64,000 nucleotides of DNA from a virus (Duplodnaviria > Caudoviricetes), in IMG/VR virus record IMGVR_UViG_3300028410_000746; one strand, written 5' to 3'. Below, piece after piece: positions 20,564-27,935 of the stretch. Made by a program: the position numbers and the translations under genes. The notes below the pieces were generated by a model that worked only from the letters and a program-made list of their open reading frames with translations, was not told the DNA's origin and searched no databases. Numbering within the stretch: the stretch's first letter is position 1; each line of letters begins with the position of its first letter.

Positions 20564-21250
20564 CTATTCGACAGGTTCCACGCGACGGCGGTACTGGACT
20601 CCTCGGCGGTACTTCCCCCTTAAAGCCTTCAAGGGTGTGAGATCTTGGATGTGGTTGTAATCCAGGGATATCCATCCCGCCTTCACCATGCTTGCGAGAG
20701 GCTCCACGTCGTCGATGTGGTTCCCCCCAAGGTCGAGTTCCACCATCTCTACCATTCCCGCAAGGGGCGATACGTCCTCTATTTTATTGTCCGAGAGCGT
20801 CAGGTATTCAAGCTTGGTCAGCCCTGTGATCGGGCGGGAGATCTTCGATGGCATTTCTGTCCAGGGACGGATGCAGCATTCCGACCATCTGCGCGATAGG
20901 GGTGAGGTCTTTGATGTTCAGCTCCATCGCCTCCAACTCGACGACGTTCGTGAGGCCATGCAGCCGCGCGAAGTCCTCGGCTTCGTAGAGCGCCAAATCT
21001 GTTGTGATCTTGGGGCACAGCTCCTGGAGTTCAAAGGCGCGCTCGACCTTGCTGTGACATAAAACGGGTCTGGAGACCTTGAAGTCGAGTCCCATGACGT
21101 AGGGGAGCACCTGATCCGCGTAACGCGTCGGGTCCTCTTCCCTCATGCGGTACAGGATGTGGTACAAGTGCGGTGCCTCCACCGGGTTCCCGGAGTGCAG
21201 GAGGCTACGGAGGTCGTGAAAAGCTTCGGCTTGCAGGGTTCGTCTCGCGT
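20564..21250 (-). pseudogene. Internalin-like leucine-rich-repeat gene, frameshifted
   Basis: LRR units (LTNVVELEAMELNIKDLTPI; LTKLEYLTLSDNKIEDVSPL; VELDLGGNHIDDVEPL) split over two frames by a +1 near 20838; no clear start codon. Confidence 0.7.
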
Positions 21251-21648
21251 CAGGTGTGTGTGGCGGCAAGATGAGCAAGGAAGGCTTCCACCTTGAACGG
21301 TGTGAACGTTCCGGGACCGTCCCAGTCGTCCTCAACATGTAGGTCCAAGTGCGGGCGGCCTTTGCATCGGAACGAGTAGCCCTTGTGTCCTGAGTTCGTG
21401 CGCTCAATCTCAAGACGCCAGCCCTCCTCTAGCCAGACAGCGATGGCGCCGCCCTCCAAAGATAGTGTCAGCACGTAGGGGTCACCCAGATGTGCTTGGA
21501 AGGCGTCCACGTCGCAAAAGAAGGCATCGAGGGCATCCGAAGAGGGCTCGGGCCAGTCTTCCTCATCCTCCCACCGATAGCTCAAGATCGTCATGAGGTC
21601 GGACGTGGTGTCCTGCGCTCGTGTTTTATCCCAAAAATCCCAAAACAC
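21250..21648 (-). CDS. Acidic hypothetical protein
   Basis: AAGGAG upstream of GTG. Confidence 0.55.
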   Translation of the reverse strand: MFWDFWDKTRAQDTTSDLMTILSYRWEDEEDWPEPSSDALDAFFCDVDAFQAHLGDPYVLTLSLEGGAIAVWLEEGWRLEIERTNSGHKGYSFRCKGRPHLDLHVEDDWDGPGTFTPFKVEAFLAHLAATHT

Positions 21649-21703
21649 ACGCTCTCCTTGGGTAGTGTAAGGTGGCGAGCGTACCTTGAGATGTGGGAAC
21701 CTG

Positions 21704-21898
21704 TCAAGCGGGGTCTACGGGCTGGTCGCACACATCACACTTCTCGGTGTTGTGGGGGCCGGTATCTCCCCACACCACGTTCCCGTGGTTGACGGCACAT
21801 GCCATACAGCGGAGGTACCCCAGGTTGTCAACGACGCCGACGGCGCCTTGTTTGTAGAGCTTCTCCCGGTCTTCCTTCTCAATGCGCTTTGCGTTCAT
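21704..21898 (-). CDS. Small zinc-finger-like protein
   Basis: CMAC...CDVC; AGGAG RBS; follows P3. Confidence 0.6.
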   Translation of the reverse strand: MNAKRIEKEDREKLYKQGAVGVVDNLGYLRCMACAVNHGNVVWGDTGPHNTEKCDVCDQPVDPA

Positions 21899-21938
21899 GG
21901 CTCGTCTCCTCTCGTGGCGTGTTGTTCCTTACACACAT

Positions 21939-21967
21939 CATATACCATAGGAAGCCTGGAGCGTAAA
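21939..21967 (-). promoter_or_regulatory. Repeated phage promoter P3
   Basis: TTTACG-N17-TATATG. Confidence 0.75.
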
Positions 21968-22034
21968 AACTATCTCAGTCTTCGAGGCTTCGAATGCCCA
22001 CGGTCTGGTAGGTCTCAAAGCCCACAACCTCTTC

Positions 22035-22490
22035 TGGGACATCCCCGCGTGCGCGGGGAACACGCTCCCCTTCGATACAGAGATCTTCTTTCTACCGGGA
22101 CATCCCCGCGCACGCGGGGAACACGGGTAGAACAAGAAGATGTATGAGAGGGGATCCGGGACATCCCCGCGCACGCGGGGAACACCGGACGAGCATGGGG
22201 AGACGTATTCGCCCTACCGGGACATCCCCGCGCACGCGGGGAACACTTGAAGCTGGAAGGATGCACGAGATGTGCGTGCGGGACATCCCCGCGCACGCGG
22301 GGAACACACAGGTGTGATCACAAGAGCATGTCGCCTCATCGGGACATCCCCGCGCACGCGGGGAACACGTCAAAGCTGGTCACCTTTGGAGCGTGAACGG
22401 CGGGACATCCCCGCGCACGCGGGGAACACCATGACACCGACACACCCGCACTTGGTGCATCCGGGACATCCCCGCGCACGCGGGGAACAC
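22035..22490 (-). CRISPR. CRISPR array 1, type I-E: 8 repeats, 7 spacers of 32 nt
   Basis: 29-nt repeat GTGTTCCCCGCGTGCGCGGGGATGTCCCG with a 61-nt period. Confidence 0.99.
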
Positions 22491-22583
22491 TCTTCAAATG
22501 TTCAAGCCTTCGGAAGTGTACCTAACCCCCTGTATTCGCTCAGGAATTCTGTTGGCATGGGGTACACCGTTTTACTTTACCAA
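22491..22583 (-). promoter_or_regulatory. Leader of array 1
   Basis: Begins TTGGTA and ends AGA before the first repeat; TTGTAC-N17-TAAAGT overlaps its start. Confidence 0.85.
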
Positions 22584-22609
22584 ATCGTACCCTGCGGTAC
22601 AAGCCTGAA

Positions 22610-24817
22610 TCAGGAGGCCTTCTTGGTGGGGGCGCGGTAGTAGGTGCGCGTCCACTCCATCTGCGTCTGAGAGCCCCAGGTGAGGAGGCTCAGGATGAGG
22701 TCGTTGGCGTCGGCACCCTGACCCTCAATGCGTCCGAGGACGTTGCGGAGCTGGCGCCAGTGGCCGTTCAAGGTGCCTCCCGAACACAGGCGCTCGAACG
22801 AGCGCTCCTTGATGTCACGAGACTGCGCGAGGACGCGCGCGACGGGGCGGTTGCCCTTGAAGCCGGTGGGCTTGAGGCCCGCGAGCAGGACCGCCAGGAG
22901 GAACACGCGCTCCTGCAACTCGGGGGCGTTCTCACCAAGGTTACGCTCCACCACCTTCTCCAGGGCCTTCTCCAGCAGGATGGCGGGGCGCATGTAGCGT
23001 ACGTCCTGGAGGTTCTTGGCGCGAGAGAGCGCGACGCGGCCGGAGCCCTTGTCGTGGTGGAGGTTGCGCCACCACTTGTGGACCACGGAGAGGATCTCAT
23101 CCTTGTGGGCGTATACGATGTTGTTCATGGGGTTCTTCTCTCTCTTGGTGGAGGTGCCGCAGAGTTTGAGGAGCTGCTTTTCGAGCCCGGCTCGTTCCCT
23201 CACGGCGGATGTGATGGTGCGGGTGTTCATGCGCGATTTGCGAGTGACACGGCCTCCAACGAGGGAGTCGAAGATCGTGAGCGCGGTGGTCGCGAGGAGG
23301 CGCTTGTAGGGCGTATAGACCATCTCCTCAAGCTCCTCCCGGTTGGTCGTGAGCTTGACCTTGGCGAGCGCGTCGTATGCAGCCTGTTCGGTGTGTGACC
23401 ACAGCTCGGAGTTGTTCCGGCCTCCCAGGCAGGCGACCTTCGCGCGGAGCACCTTATCCACCTCGGACGTGAGCTTGACCAGCGCCCCGAAGGTGTCCTC
23501 ATCACGCAGAGCCTGTGAGCCCTCGAAGATGAAGATGTACTTCTCGAAGAAGCTCACCGTCTTGCCCGCAAACATGTTGAATCCGAAGACACGCAGCGGG
23601 GGAAGCCCTCCCCATACCTCATCCCAATGCTCCGCGACCTCATCGTACAGGAAGGCCTTGCGCTTGGTGTGGGTGATGATTGGGGGCGTGTGGAGGGTCT
23701 CGGAGTAGGCGTGGGAACCCAGAACGTTCCACGTGCGCCTGTTGGTGACGGTCTGCACAGCGCGGACATCTTTCACATCTTTGGGGGTCCACTTGCCGTT
23801 GACGCCCATCGTCTTGAGGTTCTTGAGGGTGGTGGCGTTGTTGGGGAGCTGCCAGACACCCGACATGGGGATGCACTGACGAGACCCCGGCAGACCTTCC
23901 CACTTCTCGGACTGCGCTGTGTAGCGCTGCCGGTTGCCCCAGGGCTGCGCATCCACGTAGTCCAGGAGCCCGTCCTCATCCGGCTCCGGCAGGACCCACT
24001 CACGCGTGAGGTGCCAGAACGCGGTCAAGGGGTGGTAGTCCAGGTCGTGAGCGCGCCACCCCTCGATCTGACTCTCTTCGACCCAGGGGAACTCGAACTC
24101 GGGGACGGTCTCCTGTCCCCACAGAGCGTTGATTTCAGGTTCAGTGAGGATGTTGTTGAGGACCTCCTCGCAGAGGTCGCGGCCGCTGAAGACGTACCAC
24201 AGGCTGCCGTTGTTTCCGTAGCCGGGTCGCGATGTGCCACGTGAGAACTTGTTCCCCGCGTCCATGCGAAACTCGGCCGCCAGGATGAACGCGATGGCGT
24301 CCCCAGGCGTCAGACGCTGCCGGGGATCACGGCCCAAGTCCATGCTGAAGGGGAGCGGCCGCGTGACCTTCTCCGAGTCGAAGTCGAAGCCTGAGGAGGA
24401 GGACCCCAGCGCGTGCGTGTTGAAGCGGTAGCGGCCTATCTCAGTGGCGCACGGCAGGTCGGACTTCTTGATCTTTCTGATATCTTCGGTCCACTCGCGC
24501 AAGGCGGGCGTGGCCTGGAACGCACGGTACCCCGGCCCGTAGACGTCGAAGAAGTCTTCCTCACTCAGAAAGCGCTTCTTGAAGTCGAGGTTCTCGCCGC
24601 GCGTCAGGTGCATCTCGACCCACTCGTCGTCGTCCTTGGGCGCGGCCACCGTCTGGACCAGTGCCTGAATGAAGTGTCGGACGCCCTCATTCATTACGGA
24701 GTGGGGGTAGTCGAGCTTGAGGCCGGGTTCCGTGAACTCGTGCGGTCGGATGAGCTTGGACTTTCCCGTGGCGTCCTGAACCCGAATCCAAGCGTCGGTC
24801 ATGAGATTGAGTGACAT
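22610..24817 (-). CDS. cas8e-cas11: Cas8e (Cse1)-Cas11 (Cse2) fusion protein
   Basis: N-term MSLNLMTDAWIRV (Cse1-like). C-terminal ~170 aa WWRNL...GRVALSRA...ERSFERL...WRQLRNVL...DLILSLLTW...EWTRTYY (Cse2-like). No stop codon between them. Confidence 0.85.
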   Translation of the reverse strand: MSLNLMTDAWIRVQDATGKSKLIRPHEFTEPGLKLDYPHSVMNEGVRHFIQALVQTVAAPKDDDEWVEMHLTRGENLDFKKRFLSEEDFFDVYGPGYRAFQATPALREWTEDIRKIKKSDLPCATEIGRYRFNTHALGSSSSGFDFDSEKVTRPLPFSMDLGRDPRQRLTPGDAIAFILAAEFRMDAGNKFSRGTSRPGYGNNGSLWYVFSGRDLCEEVLNNILTEPEINALWGQETVPEFEFPWVEESQIEGWRAHDLDYHPLTAFWHLTREWVLPEPDEDGLLDYVDAQPWGNRQRYTAQSEKWEGLPGSRQCIPMSGVWQLPNNATTLKNLKTMGVNGKWTPKDVKDVRAVQTVTNRRTWNVLGSHAYSETLHTPPIITHTKRKAFLYDEVAEHWDEVWGGLPPLRVFGFNMFAGKTVSFFEKYIFIFEGSQALRDEDTFGALVKLTSEVDKVLRAKVACLGGRNNSELWSHTEQAAYDALAKVKLTTNREELEEMVYTPYKRLLATTALTIFDSLVGGRVTRKSRMNTRTITSAVRERAGLEKQLLKLCGTSTKREKNPMNNIVYAHKDEILSVVHKWWRNLHHDKGSGRVALSRAKNLQDVRYMRPAILLEKALEKVVERNLGENAPELQERVFLLAVLLAGLKPTGFKGNRPVARVLAQSRDIKERSFERLCSGGTLNGHWRQLRNVLGRIEGQGADANDLILSLLTWGSQTQMEWTRTYYRAPTKKAS

Positions 24818-24858
24818 GGTGTGTCTCGTAGGTAGAGAGGGGAGGTGGGGAGGCGCGC

Positions 24859-25569
24859 TCAGAGCGTGTGCATGTGGGCGCTAAACTCGCGCCGCACCTT
24901 GTGGGACCCTTGACGGGTCAGATCGTGGGGCACATCACGACGGAAGGTTGACCGTCGGCTACCTTCGAGGCCAAAGTCTTCATCCCAGAACACCTGTCCC
25001 GGCACCACGGTTCGGTCAAGGTAGTAGAAGCTACTCGCCACGGCCTCCTCCAGACACTCACGCGGCGTGGTGGACTGTAGGACCCGTGGATTGAGAGGCG
25101 CGCTTGGCGGACAGCTCTTGCGGCCAAAGTAGATAGGCCAGTAGGGACGCTGGAGCGCCGCGATGATACCGTCGACGTCCTCGTCGGGTACCTGGAGCAG
25201 GACCACCCAGGTCTGGTCCTGGAGGTAGTACCTCTCCGAGGTCAGGGAGTCCGTCTTGGGGCTTTGCGGGTCCAGCTCCTCCTGGCGCGTGGTCACGTAG
25301 CCCTTGAAGCAGCGGATGAGGTGGTAGTCTCGAAGCGGCGGGGGGCTCACCGAGGCTCCCTCAAGCTGGAGCTGGACGCACGCCATCTTGATGGTGTTTG
25401 CCAGCCTCTGGTGGTGAGCCTGATCGTCACGCTCGATGCCTTGCGCGCACGCGATCATCCCGAGTATGGCCGATTTCGTCGGGCTCTGGTCCGTCGTGCG
25501 CAGCGCCGCGCGCGCCGCGTTTCCGAAGCTCATGAGAGGGGCTCGAATGTCGCAGGCGAGTGTTTGCAT
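24859..25569 (-). CDS. cas5e: Cas5e (CasD)
   Basis: APLMSFG...RTTDQSPTKSAILGMIACAQGIER...RYYLQD...YFGRKSCPP. Confidence 0.95.
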   Translation of the reverse strand: MQTLACDIRAPLMSFGNAARAALRTTDQSPTKSAILGMIACAQGIERDDQAHHQRLANTIKMACVQLQLEGASVSPPPLRDYHLIRCFKGYVTTRQEELDPQSPKTDSLTSERYYLQDQTWVVLLQVPDEDVDGIIAALQRPYWPIYFGRKSCPPSAPLNPRVLQSTTPRECLEEAVASSFYYLDRTVVPGQVFWDEDFGLEGSRRSTFRRDVPHDLTRQGSHKVRREFSAHMHTL

Positions 25570-25577
25570 AGGTACCT

Positions 25578-25623
25578 CCTTTGTGGTACTCAAAAGATAC
25601 CACAAGGTTCAAGATGGGGTCAA
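25578..25623 (-). promoter_or_regulatory. Internal promoter for cas5e-cas8e/11 overlapped by an inverted repeat
   Basis: TTGACC-N18-TATCTT with CCTTGTGG; TTGTGGTA-N9-TACCACAA spans the -10 and abuts the AGGAGG RBS. Confidence 0.6.
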
Positions 25624-25633
25624 GTGGTTCGAT

Positions 25634-26365
25634 TCAGAGGGCCACAAGGGCGGCGGCGGGCTTGAGAAGGACAAGGCCGGCCCCGAAGGCCTTGCCCCGA
25701 CCGATGCCGTTGCGCCACAGGGTCACGAACTTCTCGGGGTCGGTGACCTCGACGCGCGCCTCAAGCTGCACGAAGTCCATCGTAATGGGGTTGCGCCGTC
25801 CCACGCCCTGCTCGGAGAACACGGGGGTCAAGGCGGTGACCCTGTGCAGCTTGAAGCCGCCGTCCTCCGAGCGCCTCTCAAGCCACTCGAAGAGGAGGGC
25901 GTCGAGGTCGCGAGGCGTCTCCCCATTCGCTTCGCACATGAGCTTCTCGTAGGTCTGGAGACCCAAACGCTTGGAGCGCCCCTTGGGCACGATCCGCTCG
26001 TCACGGGTACAGACGGTGGCGTTGACCCATGCTCGGAGGTCGAGGCCGGCACCCATGTGCATCGTGGGCTGCTCGATCGTCTTGGTCAGAAGCTTCACGT
26101 AGCCGTGAGGGTCCGAGGGGATCTCCGTGGACTGGATGTAGAAGGAGGAGCCCTTGAAGGGGGTGAACATGAAGGGTCGGTCTTTGCGGTCCTCCACCGG
26201 GTCGAAGAGGTCCCAGACGAACTGGTGTGCGGTGTAGATGCCCTCGGACGTGTAGCGGGAGAGCTGCTCGATTCCCTTGGCCGTGAAGGTGGCGCGTGAG
26301 ATGTAGAGAGGGGTCGAGGTGGGGGGTGTGGTGGTGTTGAACGGGATGTTGACTTGCGTGCTCAT
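25634..26365 (-). CDS. cas6e: Cas6e (CasE) crRNA-processing endonuclease
   Basis: YTAHQFVWDLF; Gly-rich loop GIGRGKAFGAGLVLL; GGAG-ATG at 26365 (the track start at 26593 overextends). Confidence 0.95.
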   Translation of the reverse strand: MSTQVNIPFNTTTPPTSTPLYISRATFTAKGIEQLSRYTSEGIYTAHQFVWDLFDPVEDRKDRPFMFTPFKGSSFYIQSTEIPSDPHGYVKLLTKTIEQPTMHMGAGLDLRAWVNATVCTRDERIVPKGRSKRLGLQTYEKLMCEANGETPRDLDALLFEWLERRSEDGGFKLHRVTALTPVFSEQGVGRRNPITMDFVQLEARVEVTDPEKFVTLWRNGIGRGKAFGAGLVLLKPAAALVAL

Positions 26366-26375
26366 TGATAACTCC

Positions 26376-26403
26376 AAAAATACCCCCGCACGAGGCGGGG
26401 AGG
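26376..26403 (-). terminator. Repeat-like hairpin plus U-tract upstream of cas6e
   Basis: CCCCGC-CTCGT-GCGGGG followed by GTATTTTT. Confidence 0.5.
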
Positions 26404-26407
26404 TTGA

Positions 26408-26436
26408 GAGGGGACCCCCGCGTGAGCGGGGAAAGG
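26408..26436 (-). repeat. Degenerate CRISPR repeat between cas7 and cas6e
   Basis: CCTTTCCCCGCTCACGCGGGGGTCCCCTC; first 21 nt match the array-2 repeat at 19/21. Confidence 0.75.
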
Positions 26437-26441
26437 GGCAC

Positions 26442-27788
26442 TCACTCGGCGGCGGCGGTCTCGGAGGCCTCCACGGCGATACCGAGCGTCTGGTAGATGG
26501 CATCCACGATGTCATCCAGGGTCGTACACACCTCGCCGCCCGACTCCAGGGCCGTGAGGTCCTTGGTCGAGGACCACGTGAGGACACGCTCATGGTCGAC
26601 GCCCACGCGGGTCACGATGCGGTTGTGGTGGTCCTCCAGGCGCGTGAGGGCCATCTGAAGAGGATCGTTGGACTCCACAGGCACCAGGAACGCGTCGGTG
26701 TACTGAGTGTTCTGGGTCTCCCCGATGGTCACCATCAGGTAGGGGGACGGGATGCTCGCAGCCATCGTGGACTGGTTACCCGAGGGGCGCACCATCACGA
26801 GAGCCTTGACGAAGGCGTGGATGGTCTCACGGAGGAGGTCCTCCTGACCGCTCCCGAAGCGGCGAGCCAGCTCACCGATGTGGAGGCCCACGTAGGCGTA
26901 GTTGACGCCCGAGGTGAAGCTCTTGTGGCCCATATGCGAGGCGCCCGTATTGGAGTTGAAGCAGTCCTGAGCCGAGAAGAAGTCGTCCTCCTCGGGCATC
27001 ACGCCGACGCCGATGGTGTGCGCGAACTGGACGCAGGCCGCTTCATTGTCCTGTGCGAGCTGCGCGACCATGCGGCCGAAGAGGCTCACGTCGACGTTGG
27101 GCATCCTCGTGAGGTCCGTGAAGCTCTTCGCGGTCTCAGTCAGGCTCTCGAAGACGACGGAGGGGTCCGTGAAGTCCAGACCCACCAGCGCCTCGAAGCC
27201 CAGCGTCAAGACCTCCTGCTCCGCCTGCTTGAGCTTGATGGCCGAGCCGAACATGCGGCCGTCCTTCTTGTCGCTCTTTTTGTTCTTCTTCTTCTTGGTG
27301 TCTCCTTCGGACTCGTTCGACTCGTCGTCGAGAGCGTCCTTGGTCGAGTACGGCGTGATGCCTCCCTCGGCGTACAGGGTACCATCCGCGATGAGGCCCT
27401 TGAGGAGCGTGAGAAGCGCCGCTTCGGTCTTCTTGGTGAGCTTGGCGCCCTTGAAGCACTGCGTGAAGAAGTTCGGCGTCGTCATCATGTAGGCGAGCAG
27501 CGCGGCGGCTCGATACGACCTCTCAGCCTCCTGGCCCGCCTCGACGGCCTTCTCACTCTTGAAGACCAGGAACGATCTCGTGTTGTCGCTCATGACCTTG
27601 CGCTGACGGAGCACATCGAAGTGCATGGAGGCACGAATCGCCGCCTTCTCCGCTTGGCTGGAGATGCGGTAGCGCATGGCGTTCCCGAAGAAGGAACTCT
27701 TGGGGTTACCCGCGTCATCGCGGTTGATGTTGCTGGGGGGCAGCACACCGAGCATGTGGAACTGGAGCTTTGTTTTCACGTTCATCAT
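26442..27788 (-). CDS. cas7: Cas7e (CasC)
   Basis: HMLGVLPPSNINRDDAGNPK...RISSQ; DVSLFGRMVA; QFAHTI; EDDFFSAQD; TSGVNYAY. Confidence 0.97.
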   Translation of the reverse strand: MMNVKTKLQFHMLGVLPPSNINRDDAGNPKSSFFGNAMRYRISSQAEKAAIRASMHFDVLRQRKVMSDNTRSFLVFKSEKAVEAGQEAERSYRAAALLAYMMTTPNFFTQCFKGAKLTKKTEAALLTLLKGLIADGTLYAEGGITPYSTKDALDDESNESEGDTKKKKNKKSDKKDGRMFGSAIKLKQAEQEVLTLGFEALVGLDFTDPSVVFESLTETAKSFTDLTRMPNVDVSLFGRMVAQLAQDNEAACVQFAHTIGVGVMPEEDDFFSAQDCFNSNTGASHMGHKSFTSGVNYAYVGLHIGELARRFGSGQEDLLRETIHAFVKALVMVRPSGNQSTMAASIPSPYLMVTIGETQNTQYTDAFLVPVESNDPLQMALTRLEDHHNRIVTRVGVDHERVLTWSSTKDLTALESGGEVCTTLDDIVDAIYQTLGIAVEASETAAAE

Positions 27789-27859
27789 GTCTGGACTCTC
27801 ACTACAGTGGGTAAAAGGACCTTCGAGCTTTCAGAGGCTTCGTGCCTCGACGGAAACGA

Positions 27860-27915
27860 CACTAACTCCGATGTTAGAGCAGTGTCAAGCGGTTTCTTTA
27901 ACGCTTGACACTGCT
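27860..27915 (-). promoter_or_regulatory. 14-bp inverted repeat containing a putative cas7 promoter -35
   Basis: AGCAGTGTCAAGCG-N10-CGCTTGACACTGCT; minus strand reads TTGACA-N18-TAGTGT. Confidence 0.55.
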
Positions 27916-27935
27916 GTGCGGTATGAAAAAAAGAC

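Noticed and set aside
21938-22640. ORF-track proteins over the arrays (also 31184-31833 and 33576-34565)
   Set aside because: They are translations of CRISPR repeats (recurrent FPAHAGM/PRTRGDVP), not genes.
27800-27850. Partial similarity of the 31752 pseudo-spacer (CTTCGAG...AGAGGCTT) to the cas7 5' region
   Set aside because: Short, gapped and outside the seed; not credible as a CreR-type target without data.
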